From positions 1 through 59,479 of the forward strand of contig JBFLYA010000002.1 in assembly GCA_040757115.1 (NCBI GenBank): DNA of 59,479 bases, written 5' to 3'. The notes below the pieces were generated by a model. That model saw only the letters and a list, made by a program, of their open reading frames with translations. It made no database searches and was not told the origin of the DNA. This DNA comes from a bacterium (GTDB lineage: Bacteria > UBA9089 > CG2-30-40-21 > SBAY01). A program made the translations under genes and the position numbers. Below are positions 23,602 through 33,346 of the stretch, in pieces (positions within the stretch are counted from its first letter, which is position 1; each line of letters begins with the position of its first letter).

Positions 23602-25929
23602 TTATACCACACAGACACGGGGATATATAATTACGAAAAATATTAGACATAAAATGGTCAAACCAGTAATAAACATCCCTATTTTGACTGATAAAGGTTC
23701 ATATCTAAATTCTACAAGATGATTACCTTTTTCAAGAGGAACTGCTCTAAAGGTATGATAAGCACGATATATCTTTTCCTTTTTTCCATCTACATAAGCC
23801 TGCCAGCCAGGATAATATGTGTCCGATAATACAAGAAAACCACTTTTATTAAGAGCAACTTTGACCGTTACTTTCTCTGGTTGATAGTCTATAATTTTGG
23901 ATTTTGGAGTGTCCTTTGCTTTCGTCTGACCTCTGACCTCTGACTTCTGACTTCTAACCTCTTCTTCCAGAATAACATATTGTTCTGGATTAAATTCTTT
24001 ACTGCTTAATTCCTGAAGAACAGCCTCTTTTTCTTTAATTAATTTAGAGTTATGCACGATAAATGCCCGTGGAAGAACATCTTTATTTTCGATAATCTTA
24101 ACGCTCTTATCTTCAAATACCATCCTAAATTTGTCATCAGGAATATCCCGGGTCAATAAAATATATTTAACATTAAATAAATTAAGTAACTGTCTATTTT
24201 TAATCATAAGGGGAATTACTTCTTGTTCGGTAATATGTATAGGCGTGTCTTTTCGGAAAAGTTTTATAACCTCTAACCAATGCCTTACACAAATCAAACC
24301 CGTTTTCATATTCATCTCAGAGAGATGGGTGCAAATATTCATATTGGGTGATAATACTCTATTCAAGAACTCTTCTATTTCTTCATTACTTTCTATCAGT
24401 ATAATACCTGGGTAGATTGACATATATCTATATATGTCTTCATCTTGTAACAGAAACTTACCGGTATTTGGAGTAAATATCTCCGGTAAATGTGATATTT
24501 TAACCGTAGTTGGCCCCCCCCTCATATTAAATAAGAATAGGTCAATTATAATAAAAAGGACAACAAGGAATTTAAAAATCATTAGTTGTAATTTTTGTTT
24601 AACCCAAAAATATAAGATGATAAAACTCATACATAAAAAGATTAGAAATATGTAGGCATCTTGTTTGATGTATTTAATTTTATTTAAAGGAAAATCCCGG
24701 GGTAAAAATTTTTCAATATCCATTGTAAAAATAATCCCACCTAAGATTAATATTAAGGATAAGTATAATATTCGCAGGATAACTTTTCTATTTATTTTTT
24801 GAGTGATTAGATATGAAAAGCCAAAACCGGCTAAGATAGAAATAGAAAAGGTCAAAAGGTAACAAAATCGTGCCGGTGCCCTAATGCTATTAAATATAGG
24901 TAGGTGCCATAACATAGTATATAAAGGTGTCACATTACCCATCATCAATATGGCTGATAGGATTAATAAGGATAAGAAAAAATAAATATGTCTATTTTTG
25001 TCTCTTAAGATGCCAAATAATCCTAATATTAGCGGAAAAATACCTACATAACCATATCCTTCACTAAAATTCCATTTCCCAAAATAATTTGCATTATCTC
25101 CTAAAAAATAAGGTAAAATGAAGGTGATGAAATTTATAGGTGGGAAATTAGCAATATTAGCAAATTTCAGACTTATCCCTTCCCCTCGATTAGAAAGGGA
25201 TAATACTTCATAAGTTGGGATTATTTGAATAGCGGCCAGACCAATAGCTATTATCATCACTAATCCAAAGCTGACCAAAAAATTCAATATCCGGCATCGA
25301 CCTTCAAATAAAACTCCAGAGAAAAAGTATAAACTGACACATAATAATGAATAAAATGTTATCTGTTGATGTCCAGCAAGGATTTGAATGCCGATAAATA
25401 TGCCGGCTAAGACTACATAAATATGAGTTTTTTCCCTTTTGAGAATCTTTTCCATAAAGATTAAGATTAAAGGTAACCATATACTGGAACTTAATATATC
25501 TATATGGGTAAGATGGGCGACGAAAAATCCACTAAACATAAAGATTATCCCTGAGATTAAAGCAGAAACCCGAGGCAACCCAATTACCTGTGCATAAAAA
25601 TAAGTAAATATTCCGGCAAGAATAAAATGGATAATATAATGGAGATTTTGGGCAATAGGGACAGGAAGATTAAAAAATAGTAAAAGATTTATCGGATATA
25701 AAAAACCAAGATTACCAATGGCAAAAATAGGATATCCACACTGGATATACGGCAACCATAAGGGGAAATCAAATTTCTTTAGATTTTCTGCATAAAATGA
25801 TTTCATCGGATAGAATATGTATGTTATGTCCTCTTGAAGAAAAATCCTGGACATAGTAATTATATCTATGAAGAATATAGCAATTAAGCCGATGAATATG
25901 CCTATTGGTAATAAATCCTCTCTTTTCAT
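23602..25929 (-). CDS. YfhO-family polytopic membrane protein (GT-C-type glycosyltransferase family)
   Basis: 775 aa with many TM segments. The C-terminal YYPGWQAYVDGKKEKIYRAYHTFRAVPLEKGNHLVEFRYEP is typical of YfhO. Confidence 0.8.
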   Translation of the reverse strand: MKREDLLPIGIFIGLIAIFFIDIITMSRIFLQEDITYIFYPMKSFYAENLKKFDFPLWLPYIQCGYPIFAIGNLGFLYPINLLLFFNLPVPIAQNLHYIIHFILAGIFTYFYAQVIGLPRVSALISGIIFMFSGFFVAHLTHIDILSSSIWLPLILIFMEKILKREKTHIYVVLAGIFIGIQILAGHQQITFYSLLCVSLYFFSGVLFEGRCRILNFLVSFGLVMIIAIGLAAIQIIPTYEVLSLSNRGEGISLKFANIANFPPINFITFILPYFLGDNANYFGKWNFSEGYGYVGIFPLILGLFGILRDKNRHIYFFLSLLILSAILMMGNVTPLYTMLWHLPIFNSIRAPARFCYLLTFSISILAGFGFSYLITQKINRKVILRILYLSLILILGGIIFTMDIEKFLPRDFPLNKIKYIKQDAYIFLIFLCMSFIILYFWVKQKLQLMIFKFLVVLFIIIDLFLFNMRGGPTTVKISHLPEIFTPNTGKFLLQDEDIYRYMSIYPGIILIESNEEIEEFLNRVLSPNMNICTHLSEMNMKTGLICVRHWLEVIKLFRKDTPIHITEQEVIPLMIKNRQLLNLFNVKYILLTRDIPDDKFRMVFEDKSVKIIENKDVLPRAFIVHNSKLIKEKEAVLQELSSKEFNPEQYVILEEEVRSQKSEVRGQTKAKDTPKSKIIDYQPEKVTVKVALNKSGFLVLSDTYYPGWQAYVDGKKEKIYRAYHTFRAVPLEKGNHLVEFRYEPLSVKIGMFITGLTILCLIFFVIIYPRVCVV

Positions 25930-25938
25930 ACCTTTATG

Positions 25939-25967
25939 ATATTATCAGAATTTGAGATTTAAGTCAA
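25939..25967 (-). promoter_or_regulatory. Promoter for YfhO paralogue 1
   Basis: Minus strand: TTGACT (25967-25962), 17 nt, TAATAT (25944-25939). Only 9 nt separate the -10 from ATG 25929. Confidence 0.6.
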
Positions 25968-25975
25968 TAAAAAAT

Positions 25976-26004
25976 TTGACATTAATTACTTGATTTGCTA
26001 TACT
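25976..26004 (+). promoter_or_regulatory. Promoter for YfhO paralogue 2
   Basis: TTGACA (25976-25981), 17 nt, TATACT (25999-26004). Only 12 nt separate the -10 from ATG 26017. Confidence 0.6.
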
Positions 26005-26016
26005 TTGGGATAAGAA

Positions 26017-28404
26017 ATGAAGATAAAGGATTATTTAGCCATTGGAATATTGACCATATTAACCGTAGTCTATTTCTGGAAATTTTTCTTCTTAGGCTTA
26101 TTGCCTATGGGAGGAGATATTACTACCTATACTTACCCACCATGGTATTATTGTTATCAGGCACAGGATAAAAGTCAAAATCCTCTTTTATCAGACCCTG
26201 TTTTCCTTCATTACCCTTTACGAAAATTAGCTGTAGAAAGATTAAAGGAGGGTAAAATTACCCTCTGGAATCCATATATTTTTTGTGGTAATCCACATTT
26301 TAGCACCAACTCGGTATCTTTTTCACCTCTTAATATCTTCTTCTTATTCTTTGAGCCATTAACCGGATGGAGTTTAATCCTCATTTGCCAGATGTTACTA
26401 TCGGGGATATTTATGTATATATTTCTCCGGGGCTCACTTAACTTAGCCCGGTTTGGGGCATTGATTGGTGGTATAATTTATGAATTTTCTGGTTTTGCTA
26501 TTGTCTGGTTAGAAATGGGCATATTAAGTGGGTTCTTATTGCCATTAATACTTTTTTTAATTGATAAAGCCATTATTAAAAGAAGTATATTCTATGTTAT
26601 GTTAGCCGGGACGGCATTAGGGATGCAATTTCTATCCACATTTTTACAAATAAGTCTATTTGTCTTACTGGCAATAATACCTTACTCATTATTTAGAATC
26701 TTTTCCCTTCGAGCCTTTAAATTTATACCCTTTGTCGGACTTGTTTTTATCATTGGATTTAGTCTATCGGCTATCCAGTTAGTTCCTTCTTATGAATTGA
26801 TAAGAAATTCGCATCGGGAGCCGGTCAAGGATTATCGAATGTTATCTCCCTTGCCCTGGCAGAATTTAATTACCCTTTTAGTGCCAAATTATTATGGTAA
26901 TCCTGTGGATTATAACTATAACATTATCAGACCACATTTCCGTGAGATATTTAAAAAATATGGACTAAATCTCCCCCCACTCCATCCCAAAAGAGGTAGA
27001 ATGGAGGATAATTATAACGAGCATTGTGCTTATATGGGCATTTTACCTTTAATATTGGCACTTTTATCTATATTTCTAAAAAGAAATAAAAATACACTCT
27101 ATTTTTCTTCCTTTACTTTAATTTCCTTACTCCTCACTCTTGGAACGCCCTTATATTATTTACTTTATGTGGGTATCCCTGGATGTGATAAATTGATTAT
27201 TAGCCGGTTTATCTTCCTCTACACATTTGGGGTAGCTGTATTAGCCGGGTTAGGAAGTAATTATATCTTTAATACACTCATAAAGGTATATTCGATAAGT
27301 ATTATTTTATTATTTGGCTTAATAATTATAATCAGTCTTTATCTGGGCAAATTTGTCGCCAGATTTTATATTAATGCAACATTACTTCAACATTTCACCT
27401 TATCAAATATAGATTTTCTTTGCCCAATTTTATTATTAATAATTAGTGGAGTAATCCTTTTAAGTATTAATAGAGTGAGAAATTTATATATTAAAATACT
27501 TATTTTTGGAATAATCATCTTTGATATTTTTGGATTTGGGATGAGGTATAATCCCTTTGTCCACAGAAATGTATTATATACGACGACACCATCATTAAGA
27601 TTTTTAGCCGATAAGATAACAGATGAGGAAAAAAGTAGAATATTAGGCTTTGAGCACATATTGCCGGTAAGTATAAATATAATCTATGGATTTGAGACGG
27701 CTGAAGGCTATGATGGAATGTTTACTAAAAGATACGATGAATTTATAAATTTAGTTGCTCCAGAAGGTTGTGGCTGGGAAAATGCAAAAGAATTGGATTA
27801 TTCGGCTAACCGTAATCTACTCTGCCTGCTGAATACTAAATATCTCCTTACCTCTAAAAAAATAAAAGCAGATAATCTAAAACTTATCTTTGACAAAGAA
27901 ATAAAAATCTACGAAGACCTGTCTGCTTTACCAAGGGTATGGATAGTTTCAGAAGCCAAACTCCTCAAAACAAAAGAGAAAATATTTAAAGAATTACGCC
28001 ATCCAGACTTTGACCCAAGGGAAACGGTTATTCTTGAAGAAGAATATAAAAAAATCCAAAATCCAAAATCCAACCTTAAATCAAGTTCAGGGCAAAGTCC
28101 AAAATGCCAAATCCTCGATTATCAACCGGAGAGAGTAGTTATCAAAGCAACACTTAACAAAAGTGGCTTTCTTGTGTTATCTGATGCCTATTATCCAGGC
28201 TGGCAGGTATTTGTAGATGGGAGGGAAGAAAGGCTATTTTGTGCAAATTATATCCTTCGGGCAGTATATCTTACTGCAGGGAAACATCTGGTAGAATTTC
28301 GATATTCGCCTTTATCCTTTAGAATTGGATGTTTTTTTTCCATTTTAACTTTAATCATCCTGATATTTTTAATGACTTTGACACTTTTTAATACAAAAAA
28401 ATAA
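26017..28404 (+). CDS. YfhO-family polytopic membrane protein, paralogue 2
   Basis: 795 aa. C-terminal YYPGWQVFVDGREERLFCANYILRAVYLTAGKHLVEFRYSP. Transcribed divergently from paralogue 1. Confidence 0.8.
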   Translation: MKIKDYLAIGILTILTVVYFWKFFFLGLLPMGGDITTYTYPPWYYCYQAQDKSQNPLLSDPVFLHYPLRKLAVERLKEGKITLWNPYIFCGNPHFSTNSVSFSPLNIFFLFFEPLTGWSLILICQMLLSGIFMYIFLRGSLNLARFGALIGGIIYEFSGFAIVWLEMGILSGFLLPLILFLIDKAIIKRSIFYVMLAGTALGMQFLSTFLQISLFVLLAIIPYSLFRIFSLRAFKFIPFVGLVFIIGFSLSAIQLVPSYELIRNSHREPVKDYRMLSPLPWQNLITLLVPNYYGNPVDYNYNIIRPHFREIFKKYGLNLPPLHPKRGRMEDNYNEHCAYMGILPLILALLSIFLKRNKNTLYFSSFTLISLLLTLGTPLYYLLYVGIPGCDKLIISRFIFLYTFGVAVLAGLGSNYIFNTLIKVYSISIILLFGLIIIISLYLGKFVARFYINATLLQHFTLSNIDFLCPILLLIISGVILLSINRVRNLYIKILIFGIIIFDIFGFGMRYNPFVHRNVLYTTTPSLRFLADKITDEEKSRILGFEHILPVSINIIYGFETAEGYDGMFTKRYDEFINLVAPEGCGWENAKELDYSANRNLLCLLNTKYLLTSKKIKADNLKLIFDKEIKIYEDLSALPRVWIVSEAKLLKTKEKIFKELRHPDFDPRETVILEEEYKKIQNPKSNLKSSSGQSPKCQILDYQPERVVIKATLNKSGFLVLSDAYYPGWQVFVDGREERLFCANYILRAVYLTAGKHLVEFRYSPLSFRIGCFFSILTLIILIFLMTLTLFNTKK

Positions 28405-28410
28405 TGGTAA

Positions 28411-29529
28411 CTATTCCTTTGAGAGACATTCTTTATAAACTGAGAGAGTTCGTTTTGCCGTATTTTCCCAGGTAAATAATTTTGCCCGTTCAATCCCTTT
28501 CTCTGACAACCTTTTTTGTATCTGGGGATTAGACAGGACATCATAAATTGCTTTGGCGATATCATCAACACTATGGGGAGATACCGTTACGCCTGCATCT
28601 CCTACTACTTCAGGAAAAGATGAGGTATTTGAGGTTATGACTGGAGTTCCACAAGCCATAGATTCTAAAGGTGGAATTCCAAATCCTTCAAATATAGATG
28701 GATAAACAAAAACCTCCGCGGCATTATATAATAAAGGCAAATCTTCTTGAGGAACATATTCGGTAAAGACAATCTCATTTTCCAATCCCATTTCTCTAAC
28801 TCTTTTAAACACATCCGCATATAACCACGCCTTCTTCCCAACAATAACTAATTTATGCTTGATATTATGGTTTTTCTTTAGTAAGCAGTAAGCCTCAATC
28901 AGACGACCTAAATTCTTTCTGGGGTGGATATTGCCCACATAGAGGATAAATTTATTAATTATACCATATTTTGCCATAATCTCATCTAATAATTCTTTAT
29001 TATCAATAGGATGAAAACTTTCATTAACGCCATCATAGGTAACGACTATTTTATCCTCCGGGATGCGGTAAGAATTGATAATATCTTTTTTAGAATATTC
29101 AGATACCGCTAATATCTTTGTTGCCTGACGAGCGGTAATTGGAATTAACATAGACATCCGAAGTTGTTCCCGTTTAGTAAAATATTGAGGATAATGTATA
29201 AATGATAAGTCGTGAATGGTAACAATTATCGGACACGGACACAAAGGTGGGGCAATATACTGCACATGGAAGAGGTCAATCGGTCTTTTTAGAATTTCTA
29301 ATGGAAAACTAAAAGGTATTCGTATCAAAGGGGAATGTGGTTTAATTAATATCTCTTGAAAGTTCGGTTGATTAATAAACCCATTTTTTACTATCTCTGG
29401 ATTAGTATAATAGAGTTTATAAGAATTTTCTTTATCAATCTTTGCCAATGCTTTGATAATATTTGAGATGTATGTCTCATTGCCGGTTACTTTATGACCA
29501 ATTGTATGAGCATCTATACCAATCTTCAT
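28411..29529 (-). CDS. Glycosyltransferase family 4 (GT-B, group 1)
   Basis: C-terminal EGFGIPPLESMACGTPVITSNTSSFPEVVGDAG signature. Confidence 0.88.
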   Translation of the reverse strand: MKIGIDAHTIGHKVTGNETYISNIIKALAKIDKENSYKLYYTNPEIVKNGFINQPNFQEILIKPHSPLIRIPFSFPLEILKRPIDLFHVQYIAPPLCPCPIIVTIHDLSFIHYPQYFTKREQLRMSMLIPITARQATKILAVSEYSKKDIINSYRIPEDKIVVTYDGVNESFHPIDNKELLDEIMAKYGIINKFILYVGNIHPRKNLGRLIEAYCLLKKNHNIKHKLVIVGKKAWLYADVFKRVREMGLENEIVFTEYVPQEDLPLLYNAAEVFVYPSIFEGFGIPPLESMACGTPVITSNTSSFPEVVGDAGVTVSPHSVDDIAKAIYDVLSNPQIQKRLSEKGIERAKLFTWENTAKRTLSVYKECLSKE

Positions 29530-29530
29530 C

Positions 29531-32077
29531 TTAGCCTCCTATATTGATTCTAATGAGGGTAACACTATTTGTTTCCAGGTCAAGGTCTATCATATCATTA
29601 CAGAGGACATCATTTTCAACCCGGGCTAATTCTTTTGCCCCAAATAGCGTATGCTGACTATCAATGAGATAGCGGTCGTATTTTATCTTTTTATCCCCGG
29701 ATAGTTTTATTTTTACCTTTCTATTTATCTTTCTTTCCGTTATATCATAGTTCCAAATAAGAAGACTTATCTGTTTCCCATTATCTGATTTAGTAGCAAT
29801 TGCTCCCATATTTAGAGCGTTATCTATATCCACAGATATCCGGTTGTTATCCAACATATTAAACATTTTAAAGGTGTAATAGATAGCTTTCTTAATATAA
29901 CGAGGGGGGAGAGTTGGATTTTTAGGCTCATGAGATTCTACCAACAACCCCCAAACAGGATAAAAATCCCCAATTTCACGAGTTCCTGATTCTATAAGAC
30001 AATGATAAACTGAGTGATCTAATTCATTATCAATCATTGTCTGTAAGACAGCAGCCGCATAAGCGGCATTGACATTATTATCTGCAATTTGAAGTATCAT
30101 CTCTTCGTTTTTTGTAACTCCATCTGTGATATTTATGTATGGAACTAAGGATAAAGCCCATTCGTCAATAATTAGTTCTACATTTGCCAATCCATAATGA
30201 GATAACATTTGTCTTACCATTTGAATATCATTTTTATACGCGATAGGTTCATAACTATACTTATGCCATGAGATAAAATCCAATTTTTTGTTATTCTTGG
30301 CACAGTGTTTGATTAACATTTCGACATATTTAAGCATTTTATATTTATCTTCGCCTACTTTTATAGATGCCGGACCACCAATCTTTATAGGAGACATAAT
30401 CCTTAAAGCAGATTCTACAGCAGAATTATACATCTTAAGATAAATCTCAAGTTTCTCTCGTTGATAAGAATCAGAATGTATGGAATGTTTACTCTCTATA
30501 AAGAATCCCACAGGAATCTCTGGTTCATTTAGAACTTCCCAATACTGAACAACATTAGGAAATTTATGAGTAAAATACTCTATGATTATTTTCCATAAAT
30601 TGGTATAAGATACAAGATCCTTTGGAGCATACTCCCAGTAATGTTTGGAGTAATTATATTCTTTTTTTGTCTCTTCAGGAGATAATGGATTAGATGATAA
30701 CCAACGAGGAACATTAGCTAAACAAAGTATTGCTTTGATGTTATGAGTATTATAAAAATCAAGGATTTCATCAAGTCTCTGCATATATTCCTTATCATAA
30801 CCTATTGGCTCACGAATAATAATATCCTCCTTTTTCACAAATCTATAAAATTTCTTAATAAGAATTTCTTTCTCCTTTTGGTTCAGTGAATTAATGAAGT
30901 CTTCCAAATCTTCTTGATTTTGGATATTTACCTTGTAATTTTTCCAGAACCAATTCTTTATTTTATCTTTATGAATAGAAGTAAATATGTTGGGAACTGA
31001 ATACATAAAATGAGTATCTAAAGAAAATCTTGTAAAGGTAAGTCCCAAGTCCTTCATTAGGATAAATATTTCCTTGGAGAGTCCTTTGTATCTTTTTCCA
31101 AGCCAAACAAACGCAGATACAATAAAAACTACACCTTTCTGAAAATCATGGAATCTTTCATTAATTATCTTATCTTGAGCTAAAGTAATAGTTGATGGTA
31201 ACTCAATTTGCTCAATCGTTCCTTGGGGTTTTTGGATTCCATTTGGAGTAAAGTTATTTTTAGCTAAGACAAATGCATCTATTTGTTTAAAATATGTTGA
31301 AGTATGATTTTTTTCAATTACCAATTGGAGTATGTGCCTACCTCTGGATAAAAATATATTTCCATACTTCACCCACCTTATTCCAAGTTTTCGTTCCTCT
31401 TCATGACTCTGTGAATTAGGTAATTCTTTGAAATCTTTTATTGAATGCCATTTACCTTCATCAAATCTCCATTTGATAGGAGAAGTTTGGGAAACAATTC
31501 GTTCACGGACATATAGCACATAATCTCTTTCCTCAAGGATATTTACCTCATATTTTAGATAATGCCCATCCTTATGCCATGGATTTTCATCTGTATTTAT
31601 ATTGAAATAAAACCCATTACTGACTATACTTTTCAGTCTCTTTTTGGACTCTGGTGACGCTAATAATCCTGGTTCTACCCCATGTTCTGATAGACTATAA
31701 TAAAACGAATGGTCAATAGTATCCTCTGCCTCAAACCATAGAAATTTAAAATCATTAGAATTTAAAAATTTGTTTGTAGCCTCTGATTTATAATTACCTG
31801 TGGAAGGAATTAATATAATAAAAAATAAAGAAAGCATCCAACCTAAAGAAAACATTCGAATTATACTCCCTTTACTTGATTTTTCTCTATAATTCTCCAA
31901 AATCAACGAAAATATTATTCCGAGCGAAATGAGGGAACTATAACTTATTGCGATTAAAAGATTTGTCGTTGCGCTCGAAATGATGGAGTGAACCTCTGGC
32001 TTAATTTTGCAGAAGTCTATGATTTTTTTCCTCTGTTTCGAGATTTGATATGACATACGGAATAGCAGCCAGTGCAT
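29531..32077 (-). CDS. Membrane-anchored glycoside hydrolase-like protein (clan GH-A, GH39/PslG-like)
   Basis: YWEVLNEPE (acid/base NEP motif), IGGPAS, DFISWHKY and LIIDEWA (candidate nucleophile). The track start overlaps the upstream gene by 77 nt; ATG 32056 or 31855 are alternatives. Confidence 0.5.
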   Translation of the reverse strand: MHWLLFRMSYQISKQRKKIIDFCKIKPEVHSIISSATTNLLIAISYSSLISLGIIFSLILENYREKSSKGSIIRMFSLGWMLSLFFIILIPSTGNYKSEATNKFLNSNDFKFLWFEAEDTIDHSFYYSLSEHGVEPGLLASPESKKRLKSIVSNGFYFNINTDENPWHKDGHYLKYEVNILEERDYVLYVRERIVSQTSPIKWRFDEGKWHSIKDFKELPNSQSHEEERKLGIRWVKYGNIFLSRGRHILQLVIEKNHTSTYFKQIDAFVLAKNNFTPNGIQKPQGTIEQIELPSTITLAQDKIINERFHDFQKGVVFIVSAFVWLGKRYKGLSKEIFILMKDLGLTFTRFSLDTHFMYSVPNIFTSIHKDKIKNWFWKNYKVNIQNQEDLEDFINSLNQKEKEILIKKFYRFVKKEDIIIREPIGYDKEYMQRLDEILDFYNTHNIKAILCLANVPRWLSSNPLSPEETKKEYNYSKHYWEYAPKDLVSYTNLWKIIIEYFTHKFPNVVQYWEVLNEPEIPVGFFIESKHSIHSDSYQREKLEIYLKMYNSAVESALRIMSPIKIGGPASIKVGEDKYKMLKYVEMLIKHCAKNNKKLDFISWHKYSYEPIAYKNDIQMVRQMLSHYGLANVELIIDEWALSLVPYINITDGVTKNEEMILQIADNNVNAAYAAAVLQTMIDNELDHSVYHCLIESGTREIGDFYPVWGLLVESHEPKNPTLPPRYIKKAIYYTFKMFNMLDNNRISVDIDNALNMGAIATKSDNGKQISLLIWNYDITERKINRKVKIKLSGDKKIKYDRYLIDSQHTLFGAKELARVENDVLCNDMIDLDLETNSVTLIRINIGG

Positions 32078-33317
32078 AAAAATTTATCATAAATCCAACA
32101 TACTGATATAAACTTTCGTTCATAATCATTATTAAATAGCTAATTAAAATAGCAACAATAGCGAGAAGAACAGTTTTGAAATAAGGCTCTAAAGTTTTTC
32201 TATAAGTATTAACTGTATCCCTTATTAAATTAATCAACATCCATAAAAAACCACTTAATCCGAGTATCCCTGTTTCCGTAGCAAATCTAATATATTCATT
32301 ATGAGGATGTGAAATCATACCTACTACCTGTATAGCCTCAACCTCAAAACTTCCCAATCCTATACCTAAAATTGGATGATGAAGAAACTGATTTAATCCC
32401 TTTTCCCAAAGTAAAATACGTATCATAAAGGCACTCATATCTTGAAATCGTAAAAGTATTACGGAAGATAAAGCTATTAACAATATAGATGTAATTATCA
32501 ATATCTTCCTATATTTCAAAGTAGATATAACTAACATAACTATCCCAAAACCTATCCAACTTCCTCTCGAGAATGTTAAAAATAAAGCCAGAATCATCAT
32601 TAAGGAGAAAATTCCAAATCCAAGTTTTTCTAAACTAAATTTAGGATAATAAAAAGATAAAGTCATAGTTATAGGTAAGACTAATGTCAGATAAAACCCA
32701 AAAAGATTTGGATGTTTAAAGGTACCTGCAATCCGGTAATTACCGGTCATATCAAACATATTTATGTTTGTCAAAAACTGATAATATCCGACTATACACG
32801 AGATAATCATAGAAAGTATAGTAATATTAATCAAGCGACCAACATACTTTCTATTTTTAAAAAGATCCGTTATCAAAACATATATTATAAATGGAGATGT
32901 TATGGTAAACCATCTTTTTATCCCTGTCATTATATCATAACTAATAAATACACTAATTAGACAAATAATTAAAAATATGAGAGAAGACTTTCCAATTGGT
33001 AGTTTAAATACTTTAATTTTATTCGTTATAATATAAAAAACTCCACCTATTAAAATAAATAAGTTAAGTCCCCCCACAAGATTTATAGTAGTTAAACCTT
33101 CAAGAGATATCCGCGTTATTTCAATAGTACTGTTTAGAGGAGGCATTACAAAAATTAGAGATAAAATAGCAAATCGTGGATTTATAAAAAATATTAAAAA
33201 AAACAATGTTATGATAGGAATACCAATAGCATAAGAAGGTGGTATGTTAATTACTGATATGGTTCCCAAACCAATCCCAATGAAAATATAGATAACTGGG
33301 GAAATATTAATTCTCAT
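32001..33317 (-). CDS. O-antigen ligase / Wzy-like polymerase family membrane protein
   Basis: Polytopic, with SRGSWIGFG and HPHNEYIRFATETGILGL (Wzy_C-type motif). Confidence 0.8.
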   Translation of the reverse strand: MRINISPVIYIFIGIGLGTISVINIPPSYAIGIPIITLFFLIFFINPRFAILSLIFVMPPLNSTIEITRISLEGLTTINLVGGLNLFILIGGVFYIITNKIKVFKLPIGKSSLIFLIICLISVFISYDIMTGIKRWFTITSPFIIYVLITDLFKNRKYVGRLINITILSMIISCIVGYYQFLTNINMFDMTGNYRIAGTFKHPNLFGFYLTLVLPITMTLSFYYPKFSLEKLGFGIFSLMMILALFLTFSRGSWIGFGIVMLVISTLKYRKILIITSILLIALSSVILLRFQDMSAFMIRILLWEKGLNQFLHHPILGIGLGSFEVEAIQVVGMISHPHNEYIRFATETGILGLSGFLWMLINLIRDTVNTYRKTLEPYFKTVLLAIVAILISYLIMIMNESLYQYVGFMINFYALAAIPYVISNLETEEKNHRLLQN

Positions 33318-33346
33318 AAACTATTTTCTCAAATTTTCTCCAATAC

